The notes: generated by a model from the sequence alone, not told the origin. DNA of 64,000 nt from an uncultured Verrucomicrobia subdivision 3 bacterium (GCA_903835255.1 CAILMI010000033.1:13431-77430), one strand, 5' to 3'; shown: positions 46,362 through 56,245, counted from the first letter of the stretch. Program-made: numbers and translations.

Positions 46362-47755
46362 AATACGCACTCCTTTTTTTAGCGCTCTGCTTGCTGTCCG
46401 GGTGCGCGCATTATCACGCGCGGCCGCTGGCGCCAGAGAAGTCCGCTGCGCAACTCGACCTGCGCCGGTTGGACGAGCCGGGCCTGAAAGTTTTTATTGA
46501 AAGCAATTCCATCTTCAAACCGGATCATTGGCCGCTGGAGAAATGGGACTTGGATTCGCTCGCTCTGGCGGCATTTTATTTTCATCCAGACCTCGCCGTC
46601 GCCCGTGCCCAATGGCAATTGGCTCAAGCGGGGGTGAAGACGTCCCAGGGGCATCCCAATCCAACCCTTGCGGCCTCGCCGCAATATGACACCACGACAT
46701 TAACGCCCACCCCCTGGGCGCCGGGGCTGACGTTTGACCTGCCCATCGAAACTGCCGGCAAGCGCGCCAAGCGCATCACGGAAGCTAGGCGAAACGCTGA
46801 AGCGGCCCGCTGGAATTATATCTCTGCAGCCTGGCAGATTCGCAGCGGCGTTCGCACGGCTCTTACGGAGTGGGTGGCCGAGCAGGCCCGATTGCCATTG
46901 TTGAGCCACCAGCGGGCGGCCCAGCGCGAAATGGTGCGGCTCCTGCAGGGGAGCTTCGCAGCGGGTGAGACAGCGCGCCCGGAACTCACCGCGGCAGAAA
47001 TTGCGCTGGGCAAAGTGGAGCTGGATTTTTCCAGCGCGGAAATCAAGTTGGCCGAGGCGCGTTCCCGCCTGGCACAAGCGCTGGGCGTGACGCCCGCCGC
47101 ACTGGAGTCCATCCCGCTGCCAACCGATAGAATTCTGAATGACTCCCCCCAGATCGATTCCATTGCCGCGCGCCGGGCCGCCCTGTTGGGGCGTTCAGAT
47201 ATCCTCGCCGCCCTGGCGGACTATGCGGCGACCGAGGTTGCCCTGCAGCTGGAAATCGCCAAGCAATATCCGGATGTGCATTTCAACCCCGGATATCAAT
47301 ACGATCAGGGGGATAATAAATGGACGCTTGGATTCACTCTGGAATTGCCTGTGTTCAATCAAAATCAGGGGCCTATTGCCGAGGCGAAAGCCAGGCGCGC
47401 GCTGGCAACCGCAAAATTTCTCCAGCTCCAATCCCAGGTCAGCGCCCAGTTGGATCGCGCCGGCGCCAGCTGGCGCAGTGCCCAGGCACAATTAAAAACA
47501 TCCAAAGCTCTGGGTGAGGCTGTCGCGCGCCAGCAGAACGCTATTTTAAATCAAAGGGCTGGCGGGGTTGCTTCGGGCAGGGATTGGGCGGCAGCGGAAA
47601 TTGAAATTGATTCCATCCGGCTTGCGCAACTCGATAGTCTCACCCAGGTCGATATGGCGATGGGCGCCTTGGAAGACGCGGTGCAGCAGCCTTCTAAAAA
47701 TTTAACACTTCTAAAAATAGTCCCATCCTCTTCAGACCGTAAATCCAAGCCATGA
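46358..47755 (+). CDS. outer membrane efflux lipoprotein (CzcC/TolC family); start codon unclear
   Basis: Lipobox 'LFLALCLLSGC' and OEP repeats. There is no ATG, GTG or TTG between the lipobox and the in-frame ATG at 46193, which lies inside the propeller remnant. AGGAGG (46346-46351) sits 6 nt before an in-frame ATA at 46358. Confidence 0.7.
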   Translation: MKYALLFLALCLLSGCAHYHARPLAPEKSAAQLDLRRLDEPGLKVFIESNSIFKPDHWPLEKWDLDSLALAAFYFHPDLAVARAQWQLAQAGVKTSQGHPNPTLAASPQYDTTTLTPTPWAPGLTFDLPIETAGKRAKRITEARRNAEAARWNYISAAWQIRSGVRTALTEWVAEQARLPLLSHQRAAQREMVRLLQGSFAAGETARPELTAAEIALGKVELDFSSAEIKLAEARSRLAQALGVTPAALESIPLPTDRILNDSPQIDSIAARRAALLGRSDILAALADYAATEVALQLEIAKQYPDVHFNPGYQYDQGDNKWTLGFTLELPVFNQNQGPIAEAKARRALATAKFLQLQSQVSAQLDRAGASWRSAQAQLKTSKALGEAVARQQNAILNQRAGGVASGRDWAAAEIEIDSIRLAQLDSLTQVDMAMGALEDAVQQPSKNLTLLKIVPSSSDRKSKP

Positions 47756-48769
47756 AAACTATTCAGAACATTTTAATTTGTGTCGCAGCACTGGCGCTGC
47801 CGCCGGCGGTGCGCGGCGATGACGAGGCCGTTGTCAAATCCGACTCGGTGAAAATAGGGCGCGCAGCGAACGGCGAAACGATTCTCACCATCGATGAGGC
47901 CACCCAAAAGCGCATCGGCTTGGCCGTGGCGAATCCGTCCGCAGCCGACGGACTGCAGGAAATTCAGGCAACGGGCCAGGTGCTCGATGTGTCGCCGCTG
48001 GTCGATTTGCTGGGGGAATACAGAAAAGCTCAAATTACCCTAGAGAGTTCGCGGCGGGAGCTGGAGCGGGCGCGACAATTAAAACAAGATGATAATATTT
48101 CCGAACGCGCCGCGCAGGAGGCAGAAGCCGCTTATGGGTTAAATCGGGTTGCCGCTGGCACAATAGCCAGCAAAATAAAATCCGGGTGGGGCAATAAAGT
48201 TTTGGAAAAAATCGGGCCGCCGCCGGTGGCGCTCGCAGCCGAGCGGTCGCCGGATTCATTCCTGCAGGCCCTGTCCGATTCGATGATTTTAATCCGGGTC
48301 GATTTGCCTGCCGGCCAACGCTGGGGCGAAGCCGCTCCTGCGGCCCGCATCTTTTCTTTAGCACAAAAAACCGGGCCAGTGTCGGCGGTTTTTTTTTGAC
48401 GTCCTGCCAGTGGTTAACTCGCAGACGCAGCAGCAAGGCGCGCTCTTCGTCATCGAACCCGCCCGTGCCAGCCGGCTGATGCCAGGCGAATCAATCACAG
48501 CCCGGATCGTCCCGTCTGGCGAATTGCCCGTCAAAGGTGTGATGATTCCCGCGGAAGCGATTGTGAGGCATGACAACCAGGGTTGGTTTTTTGTCCAAAC
48601 CAGCGCGTCCGAATTCACCCGCCGCTCTGTTCCCCTGGAACAGCCTTCCGCCACCGGTTATTTTTGTGCGGACCTTGCTGCAACCAATCGCATTGTCGTT
48701 GTGGGTGCTCAGACGCTGCTTTCGGCGGAGCTGAGCGAAGGCGATTTCAATTCTGGCCAGCGCGATTGA
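47752..48769 (+). pseudogene. RND efflux periplasmic adaptor, split by a frameshift in a T9 run
   Basis: ORFs 47752-48399 and 48410-48769 are the N- and C-terminal parts of one adaptor (signal peptide, coiled coil 'LESSRRELERARQL', C-terminal beta domain). Removing one T from 48389-48397 fuses them into one ORF of about 338 aa. ATGA overlap with the upstream gene. Confidence 0.7.
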
Positions 48770-48770
48770 T

Positions 48771-51700
48771 ATGCTTCGCCGACTTGTTGAAATTTCTTTG
48801 CGGCAGCGCAGCGTGGTCATCGCGCTGGCGATCGGCCTGATTTTCCACGGCCTCTACGTGGCATCGCGCGCCAAGCTCGATGTCTTCCCCGACTTTGTGC
48901 AGCCGCAGGTGACGGTGCAGGCGGAATCGCCGGGTCTGGCGCCGGAGCAGGTCGAGGCGCTGGTGACGCGCCCGGTGGAGAATGCGCTGAACGGCACGGT
49001 GGGGCTAGAATCCGTCCGCTCGGAAAGCATCCAGGGATTGTCCGTGGTGACCGCTGTGTTTGCCGAGGGCACGGATATTTTCAAGGCCCGGCAAATGCTT
49101 GCGGAACGGCTGGCGCAGCTCGCCGGCACTCTGCCGCTCGGCGTCGCCGCGCCCAAGATGGAGCCACTCACGTCGTCCACCATGGACCTGCTGAAGTTTG
49201 GGCTGACTTCGGAGAAACTTTCGCCGATGGGGCTGCGCACCTTTGCCGACTGGACGGTGCGCCCCAAGCTGCTGGCTGTTTCCGGCGTGGCGGCAGTGAA
49301 GGTTTTTGGCGGGGCCGTGCGCGAGCTGCAGATCCAGTTTCAGCCGGAACAATTGCGGAGTTTCGGTTTGTCAGTTCAGGACGTGGCCAATGCGGCGCGC
49401 GCCGCGACGGGCATTCGAGGTGCGGGTTTTGTGGAGACCGCGACCCAACGGCTGCCGATTCAGACTGAAGGCCAGTCGCTCACCGCCGCCCAGCTCGGCG
49501 AAGTCGTCGTGGCGCAGCGCGACGGTCGCAGCGTGCGTCTCAAAGACGTGGCCCGGGTCAGCGAAGGCGCATCGCCCCTCTTCGGTGACGCCATCGTCAA
49601 CGGGCAGCCAGGCGTCTTGATGACGACGTCCAGTCAGTACGGGGCAAACACGATGGAGGTGACGCGGGGAGTAGAGGCAGCATTGAATGAATTGCGTCCC
49701 CTATTTACGGCGCAGGGCATTATCTATGTGCCGGGGCTGCACCGGCCGGCAACCTTTATTGAGCACGCCATTCATAACATGAAGATCTCGTTGCTGCTGG
49801 GAGCGGCGCTGGTGGCCGTGGTGTTATTTCTTTTCCTGCTCGATCTGCGGACGGCGCTGATTTCGTTCGTCTCGATTCCGCTGTCGCTGCTTGCAGCCGT
49901 CATTGTGCTGGACCGTTTTGGCGTGACGCTGAACACGATGACGCTCGGCGGCCTTGCTGTGGCCGTCGGCGTGGTGGTGGATGATGCCATCATTGACGTG
50001 GAGAACATTCTGCGCCGCTTGCGCGAGAACCAATCCGCCGCCCTGCCGCGCCCGCTCTTCGCCGTGGTGCTGGCGGCGTCGCTGGAGGTTCGAAGCGCGG
50101 TCGTTTACGCGACCTTCATCGTGGCGCTGGTTTTTTTGCCGGTGCTGCTAATGACGGGATTGCAGGGCCGGTTTTTTGCGCCGCTCGGCTTCGCCTTTAT
50201 TCTCTCCATCCTGGCGTCGCTGGCGGTGGCGCTCACGGTCACGCCCGCGCTGTGCTATGCGCTCCTCTCGCGGATGAAGCCGCATGAGGAGCCGGGTTAT
50301 CTCCGCCGCCTGAAACAGTTGCACCGCACCCTGCTCGAAAAAATCTGTCGCTGGCCGAAGACAGTGATCGGCGCCGGCTTGATCACCTTTGCCAGTGCAG
50401 TGGCGACGCTGCCGTTTTTTGGAGGCGAATTTCTGCCGGATTTCCGCGAAGGCCATTTCGTCTGCCAGCTCACGATGGCCCCGGGCACATCCCTGCCGGA
50501 AATGCTGCGGATGGGCGCGCGGATTTCGCAGGAACTTTTGAAGCTCGACGCCGTTCAGAGCGTCGAGGAGCAGGTTGGACGCGCCGAGGGGGGCGAGGAC
50601 ACCTGGGGCACGCATCGCGGCGAGATCCATATCGAACTCAAGCCCGCAGGCGGCGAAGACCAGGAATTAGTGCAGCGACAGATTCGCGAGGTGCTGTCAA
50701 AATATCCCGGCATTCAGAGCGAGGTGCTTACTTTTCTCGGCGATCGTATTGGTGAAACCATTGCCGGCGAAACCGCCCAGGTGGTGGTGAACATTTTTGG
50801 CGACGACTTGGAAACGCTGGATGCAAAGGCGGGTGAAGTGGCGAATATCCTGAAAAAGGTTCCCGGTGCTGCCGATGTTCAAGTTTCCGCGCCGCCGGGC
50901 GCGCCGCGCATCTCGGTGAAATTGCGTCCCGATCGGCTGGCGCAGTTTGGCTTCCGCCCGACGGAAGTTCTGGAAGCGGTCCAGACCGCTTATGAAGGCG
51001 ATGTGGTCGCGCAGGTCTATGAGGGCGAAAAAGTTTTCAACGTCACTGTGATTCTAGATGCCGTCACACGGACACAGCCGGACAAAATCGGAGACCTTCT
51101 GGTCGCCAATGGTCAGGGCCTGCTGCTGCCATTGCGCGAGCTGGCGACGGTGGAGCTAGCGTCCGGCCGCTATGCGATACTGCACGACGGCTCGCGTCGG
51201 AGACAGACCATCACCTGCAATCCGGCTGGCCGGGACGTGGCATCCTTCGTAGCCGAGGCCAGAAAACATATCTCGGCCCGGGTTAAATTGCCAGCGGGGA
51301 TTTATCTGGAATTCAGCGGCGCCGCGGAACAGCAGGCGGCGGCGCGGCGCGAGCTGATTGTCCGTTCACTGGCTGTGGCGGCCGGCGTCGTGCTTTTGCT
51401 GGCGCTAATGTTTCGAAAGGCCAGCCATGTGATTTTGGTTTTGGCGAACGTGCCCTTCGCATTGGTGGGCGGTGTGCTGGCAATCTTTATGGCCGGATTT
51501 TTCGGCGATGAGGGGCACGCGTCCCTGTCGCTCGGCACCCTGGTCGGCTTTGTGACGCTGTTCGGCATCACCCTGCGGAATTCGATCATGCTGATTTCTC
51601 ACTTTGAACATCTGGTGAACGAGGAGGGGCGGGCTTGGGGGATGGAAACGGCATTGCGGGGCGCGACCGAGCGGCTGATTCCCATTTTGATGACCGCCTT

Positions 51701-51887
51701 GGTGACCGGCTTGGGCCTCCTGCCGCTCGCCCTCGGCTCCGGTGACGCCGGGCGCGAAATCGAAGGGCCGATGGCCATAGTCATTCTCGGCGGGCTGGTC
51801 ACATCTACCGCCCTGAATCTGCTGGTATTGCCGACGCTGTCTTTGCGGTATGGACGGTTTGAGAAAGTGCCGGCGGTTAGCAGGTGA
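48771..51887 (+). CDS. CusA/CzcA family heavy-metal efflux RND permease
   Basis: 1038 aa with 12-TM RND topology. The N-terminus is 'LRRLVEISLRQRSVVIALAIGLIFHGLYVASRAKLDVFPDFVQPQVTVQAESPGLAPEQVE'. Confidence 0.9.
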   Translation: MLRRLVEISLRQRSVVIALAIGLIFHGLYVASRAKLDVFPDFVQPQVTVQAESPGLAPEQVEALVTRPVENALNGTVGLESVRSESIQGLSVVTAVFAEGTDIFKARQMLAERLAQLAGTLPLGVAAPKMEPLTSSTMDLLKFGLTSEKLSPMGLRTFADWTVRPKLLAVSGVAAVKVFGGAVRELQIQFQPEQLRSFGLSVQDVANAARAATGIRGAGFVETATQRLPIQTEGQSLTAAQLGEVVVAQRDGRSVRLKDVARVSEGASPLFGDAIVNGQPGVLMTTSSQYGANTMEVTRGVEAALNELRPLFTAQGIIYVPGLHRPATFIEHAIHNMKISLLLGAALVAVVLFLFLLDLRTALISFVSIPLSLLAAVIVLDRFGVTLNTMTLGGLAVAVGVVVDDAIIDVENILRRLRENQSAALPRPLFAVVLAASLEVRSAVVYATFIVALVFLPVLLMTGLQGRFFAPLGFAFILSILASLAVALTVTPALCYALLSRMKPHEEPGYLRRLKQLHRTLLEKICRWPKTVIGAGLITFASAVATLPFFGGEFLPDFREGHFVCQLTMAPGTSLPEMLRMGARISQELLKLDAVQSVEEQVGRAEGGEDTWGTHRGEIHIELKPAGGEDQELVQRQIREVLSKYPGIQSEVLTFLGDRIGETIAGETAQVVVNIFGDDLETLDAKAGEVANILKKVPGAADVQVSAPPGAPRISVKLRPDRLAQFGFRPTEVLEAVQTAYEGDVVAQVYEGEKVFNVTVILDAVTRTQPDKIGDLLVANGQGLLLPLRELATVELASGRYAILHDGSRRRQTITCNPAGRDVASFVAEARKHISARVKLPAGIYLEFSGAAEQQAAARRELIVRSLAVAAGVVLLLALMFRKASHVILVLANVPFALVGGVLAIFMAGFFGDEGHASLSLGTLVGFVTLFGITLRNSIMLISHFEHLVNEEGRAWGMETALRGATERLIPILMTALVTGLGLLPLALGSGDAGREIEGPMAIVILGGLVTSTALNLLVLPTLSLRYGRFEKVPAVSR

Positions 51888-52071
51888 GCGCTGAATTCAG
51901 CTCAAGAATTTGATGGTTCACCGGGTCGCACCGCGCCGTGACACCTTTCCAATTGTCAGGTTTATGAGTTTCAGGTTTCAGCCAGGTTACAGGACTGCGA
52001 TTATTATGTGACAGCGACTTCGATGGTTGCCCTGATTGTGCGCCTTGTTGCAGATTTTAGTTTTCGATGAC

Positions 52072-53028
52072 ATGAAGACGACTCTAAAAAATGCGGGTTC
52101 TCATTCGGATGAGATGATTGTCTGCCGGTCTGTCTGGATTTCCGATGTTCATCTGGGGACCAAGCATTCCCGGGTAGGGGAATTGCTGGAGTTTCTGCGC
52201 GTGGTGGATTGTAAATATCTCTACCTCGTCGGCGATTTGATTGACGGCTGGGAATTAAAGTTCCGGTGGTATTGGCACGATGATTACAATGTGCTGATTC
52301 AGAAACTGCTCCGCAAAAGCCGCAAGTTGACCAAAGTGATTTATATCTCCGGGAATCACGATGAGTTTATCGAGCAGTTCATGGGAATGCGTTTTGGGAA
52401 TGTGACGCTGGCGCGGCAGGTGATGCACACCGCTGCCGACGGGAAAAAATACCTCGTTATCCATGGCCATCAGGCGGATGGGCTGACTCACTTCAATCAT
52501 TTATTGGAAAAGCTGGGATCGCACCTCTACATGTGGATTCTCGACCTGAACCTTTATTTCAATCGCCTGCGCCGTGTGTGTGGTTTTGGCTATTGGTCGC
52601 TGGCCGCGTATTTAAAATCGAAAGCCAAAGCCGCCGTAAAATACGTCACCGAATATGAGGACACGCTCGCTGCCATGGCGCGCAGTCAAAAGGCGGACGG
52701 CGTCATCTGCGGTCATATCCATCGCGCCGAGATTAAAATGATTGAAGGGGTGCGCTACTTAAACTGTGGCGACTGGGTTGAAAACCCCACGGCATTGATT
52801 GAAGATTTTGAGGGCAACATCAAACTCCTGCGCTTCCATGAAAATAATGTTCTGCGTTCTGGGCGAGGGTCGGGGTCACATGACTCAGGCCATAGCCACC
52901 AAAGAAATGCTCGAGGCGGAAGGGCATCAAATCGTCGCAATAATAATCGGAGTGGGTCCGCAGCGGCCAATGCCGGCATTCTTTGCATCGGCGATGAAGA
53001 TGCCGGTCCGGCAGCTGCCGACGCTTGA
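52072..53028 (+). CDS. LpxH-like metallophosphoesterase (UDP-2,3-diacylglucosamine diphosphatase family)
   Basis: 'VWISDVHLG', 'YLVGDLIDGW', 'ISGNHDEF', 'VIHGHQAD' and 'CGHIHR'. The last 60 or so codons are low-complexity and overlap the next gene out of frame. Confidence 0.7.
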   Translation: MKTTLKNAGSHSDEMIVCRSVWISDVHLGTKHSRVGELLEFLRVVDCKYLYLVGDLIDGWELKFRWYWHDDYNVLIQKLLRKSRKLTKVIYISGNHDEFIEQFMGMRFGNVTLARQVMHTAADGKKYLVIHGHQADGLTHFNHLLEKLGSHLYMWILDLNLYFNRLRRVCGFGYWSLAAYLKSKAKAAVKYVTEYEDTLAAMARSQKADGVICGHIHRAEIKMIEGVRYLNCGDWVENPTALIEDFEGNIKLLRFHENNVLRSGRGSGSHDSGHSHQRNARGGRASNRRNNNRSGSAAANAGILCIGDEDAGPAAADA

Positions 53029-53923
53029 GTTCCGCTACAAGCATAACCGGTCTGTGAGCTATGCGGCGACGCTGCTGGGAGTCTTCGGCAATCTTCCAAA
53101 ATACGTTCGCACTCTGGGCCAAATTGCCGGCATTGTCCGGGAAGCGAAGCCGGATGTAATTCTAAATTTTTTTGAGCCGCTGGCCGCGGTGTATGCCCTG
53201 TTGTGGCCTTCCCGTCCTCCGGTCTTGGCCATTGGACATCAATTCATGTTCCAACATCCCGGGTATTTCCGTACGCCGCGGTTTTGGAAACAGCACCTGA
53301 GCATGAGAGCGTACACCTGGCTGCTGGGGGCCCGCGCCAGCAAGCTGGCTCTTTCTCTTTATGAAGCGCCCGACCTACCAAAGAAACGATTGATCGTAGG
53401 GCCGCCTATTTTGAGGAAGCAGCTTTTCCAATTGGAATCCAAGCCGGATGGAGATTTCGTCCTTATTTATCTGCTGAATCATGGATACGCCCAGCAAATC
53501 ATCGAGTGGAGCTCAAGAAATCCAGGCATCCGGTTGCATTGTTTTTATGACAAGCCGGATGCGCCGCCAGTTTTTGAGCATTCGCCGGCACTCACGTTTC
53601 ACGGGCTTGACGGGGAGAAATTTTTAAAGATGATGGCGGAATGTCGCCACGTCGTCTGCACCGCGGGCTTTGAATCGGTGAGCGAAGCCGCGTGGCTGGG
53701 CAAGCCACTGTTTCTTGTCCCGGTGGAAAATCACGTTGAGCAACAGGTCAATGCGCTGGACGCGCAGCAGTCCGGCCTGGGCATCGCCTCCAATAATTTC
53801 GATCTGGATCGGCTGGCCCAATTGCCCGACCGCCTGTCTTCTGGAAAGTTTTGCAACTGGGTGGGGCGTGCCCCGGAAACAATCATTGCCGCTATCCAGC
53901 GCGCCACTGACTCCGAGCGATGA
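52838..53923 (+). CDS. glycosyltransferase (GT-B fold, MJ1255/UDP-glycosyltransferase-like)
   Basis: 'MKIMFCVLGEGRGHMTQAIATKEML' and the C-terminal 'VVCTAGFESVSEAAWLGKPLFLVPVENHVEQQVNA'. Confidence 0.7.
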   Translation: MKIMFCVLGEGRGHMTQAIATKEMLEAEGHQIVAIIIGVGPQRPMPAFFASAMKMPVRQLPTLEFRYKHNRSVSYAATLLGVFGNLPKYVRTLGQIAGIVREAKPDVILNFFEPLAAVYALLWPSRPPVLAIGHQFMFQHPGYFRTPRFWKQHLSMRAYTWLLGARASKLALSLYEAPDLPKKRLIVGPPILRKQLFQLESKPDGDFVLIYLLNHGYAQQIIEWSSRNPGIRLHCFYDKPDAPPVFEHSPALTFHGLDGEKFLKMMAECRHVVCTAGFESVSEAAWLGKPLFLVPVENHVEQQVNALDAQQSGLGIASNNFDLDRLAQLPDRLSSGKFCNWVGRAPETIIAAIQRATDSER

Positions 53924-55164
53924 ATCCTGGAGAGACACTTGATTTCCCGCCAGGTTTTTTGTGGGGCACAGCCACATCGCCAACCCAAGTGGAGGGTCAC
54001 ATCGAAAATGAATGGACTCAATTCACGGCATTGGATGGCGGCAACTGCCGCCGCGCCTGCGACCATTATCATCGATACCCCGAAGACGTGGATTGGATGG
54101 CTCGGCTGGGCGCAAATGCCTATCGCTTCGGCATTGAATGGTCGCGGCTTCAATCCGCCCCGTTCGCGCCTCTGAATCCGAATGAGCTGGCACGCTATGT
54201 TCATCTTTTGGAGTGTCTTCAGGCAAAAAGCATCACGCCCATGGTGGTGCTGCATCATTTTTCTAATCCGCAGTGGATTAACGCCTGGGGCGGCTGGACA
54301 AATCCCGCCACGATTCCGGCGTTTGTGGATTATGTCCGGCAGCTGGGCGCGGCGCTGAAGGGAAAAGTCCACCTCTGGAATACCTTTAATGAGCCGGACA
54401 CTTATGCCTGCATGGGGTATCTCCTGGGCGGTTTTCCGCCGCATAACAAATGGAGGTTGGGGAAATTTCGCCGCGTCATCGATCACATGGCTCGCGCCCA
54501 TGTGAAAGTCAGCCGCATTCTCCAGCAGGAGGGGGGCGGCAAAATTCAGGTTGGCATCGCCAAGAACTGGACTTTTTTTCACGCCTACAAAAAATGGCTG
54601 CCGTGGGACCAGGCGATGGCCTACGCCTGCCATTACACGTTTAATAAATTTGTGCTGGACGCATTTATGGGGGTCGGGCGGCGGCGGGCTTCCACGTTTA
54701 TTGGCCTGAATTACTACGGCCGGGTTCGCTTTCATCATTTCCGCCCAATGATTCCGGCAAGTGGCATGTCGCCTAAAACGTTAAAAAAAATCGGCTTCGT
54801 CTGTGACGACATGGTGGAGCGCAATCCGGAAGGCCTGGCAACAATAGTATCTTATCTCAACCGTAAATTCAGGCTGCCGATTTACATCACAGAACATGGT
54901 TCGGCTTCATCCGATGAAAAGTTCCGCGAATCCGACCTGCGCGAGAACCTCGCCTCGCTTCACGGGGCCATTGCCGAGGCCGCGGATGTGCGCGGGTTTT
55001 TTTACTGGTCCTTGATGGATAATTTTGAATGGCAGTTCGGCTACGCAAAAAAGTTTGGATTGTTAACGGTTGATTTCGAGGACGAAAAACTACCGAGGAG
55101 CCTGAAGCCGCTGGGGGATTTTTATTCCAAGATTTGCAGGACCAATACCGTGGCGCGTCCTTAG
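53920..55164 (+). CDS. glycoside hydrolase family 1 (beta-glucosidase-like)
   Basis: 'FPPGFLWGTATSPTQVEG', acid/base motif 'TFNEP', nucleophile context 'YITEHG'. ATGA overlap with the GT stop. Confidence 0.9.
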   Translation: MNPGETLDFPPGFLWGTATSPTQVEGHIENEWTQFTALDGGNCRRACDHYHRYPEDVDWMARLGANAYRFGIEWSRLQSAPFAPLNPNELARYVHLLECLQAKSITPMVVLHHFSNPQWINAWGGWTNPATIPAFVDYVRQLGAALKGKVHLWNTFNEPDTYACMGYLLGGFPPHNKWRLGKFRRVIDHMARAHVKVSRILQQEGGGKIQVGIAKNWTFFHAYKKWLPWDQAMAYACHYTFNKFVLDAFMGVGRRRASTFIGLNYYGRVRFHHFRPMIPASGMSPKTLKKIGFVCDDMVERNPEGLATIVSYLNRKFRLPIYITEHGSASSDEKFRESDLRENLASLHGAIAEAADVRGFFYWSLMDNFEWQFGYAKKFGLLTVDFEDEKLPRSLKPLGDFYSKICRTNTVARP

Positions 55165-55267
55165 AAGCAGTTTCACGCTCCCCCTATCGTGGAATTTGAT
55201 TCCGTTAGGATGATTTCAAGCGCGGTCCGCCCTTCGTGCGGTTCGCCGCAGGCCGCCGCGCAGGGGG

Positions 55268-56245
55268 TCAGCGGGCGAAAATCTGGCGGATCACGTCCTC
55301 GATCGGCACCTCCTGGATGTCGATGTCGGTCACAGGCATTTCATCCAGCAGCGCCTTGCAGACGGGGATGACGCGGTCGCGCTTGACCTTGAGCGTGATG
55401 GCCCCAGGGGTTTGTTCGACCACCTCCCCGTACAGCGCCAGCTTTTCGGGCGACGATGTGTTTGCCTTGTCGCACTGAAGGGTGACGAATTTGAAATCGG
55501 CAAAGCGGTCCACAATCTCGCCGAGCTTGCCGTCGAAGAAGATTTTCCCGTGGTCGATGATGATGACCCGGTCGCACAGCGCCTGGATATCGGCCATGTA
55601 ATGGCTGGTGAGCAGGATCGTGGTCTTGCGCTCGGCGTTGTGGCGCCGGATGAAATCCCGCACGGTTTTCTGCGAGGTCACGTCCAGGCCGATGGTGGGT
55701 TCATCGAGGAATAGCACCTTGGGCTCATGGAGCAGGGACGCGATCAGCTCCATCTTCATGCGTTCGCCGAGGGAGAGCTCGCGCACGCTGACATTGAGCT
55801 TGTCGCCGACGCAAAGCAGCTCGCTCATTTCGGCGAGGGTGCGTTCAAAGCGATCTCTGGGAATGCCGTAAATTTTGGCGTTTAGCTCCAGCGATTCCCG
55901 GGCGGGCAAATCCCACCACAGCTGGTTTTTTTGCCCCAGCAACAGGGCAAACTGGCGGCGATACCCGTCGGCGCGCTCCCAGGGTGTGTAGCCGAGCACC
56001 TGGGCGGTGCCGCTGGTCGGGTGAAGCAAGCCGGCCAGCATTTTGAGCGTGGTCGTCTTGCCCGCCCCGTTCGGGCCCAGAAAGCCGACCAGTTCGCCGG
56101 GTTCAATCCGGAAGCTGACGTCGGAGACGGCAACGGTCTGCTCGTATTGGCGGCGAAACAATCCCCGGACCGCGCCTGCAAAGCCCGGCTGCTTTTTATA
56201 GGTGCGGAAGGTCTTGGTGAGATGGCTGACTTCGAGGACTGACAT
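55268..56245 (-). CDS. ABC transporter ATP-binding protein
   Basis: Walker A 'GPNGAGKTTTL', signature 'LSLGERMK', Walker B 'LFLDEPT'. No permease gene is adjacent. Confidence 0.9.
   Translation of the reverse strand: MSVLEVSHLTKTFRTYKKQPGFAGAVRGLFRRQYEQTVAVSDVSFRIEPGELVGFLGPNGAGKTTTLKMLAGLLHPTSGTAQVLGYTPWERADGYRRQFALLLGQKNQLWWDLPARESLELNAKIYGIPRDRFERTLAEMSELLCVGDKLNVSVRELSLGERMKMELIASLLHEPKVLFLDEPTIGLDVTSQKTVRDFIRRHNAERKTTILLTSHYMADIQALCDRVIIIDHGKIFFDGKLGEIVDRFADFKFVTLQCDKANTSSPEKLALYGEVVEQTPGAITLKVKRDRVIPVCKALLDEMPVTDIDIQEVPIEDVIRQIFAR

Noticed and set aside
53731-54738. 335-aa minus-strand ORF
   Set aside because: It is antisense to the clearly homologous GH1 gene and has no protein-like features.
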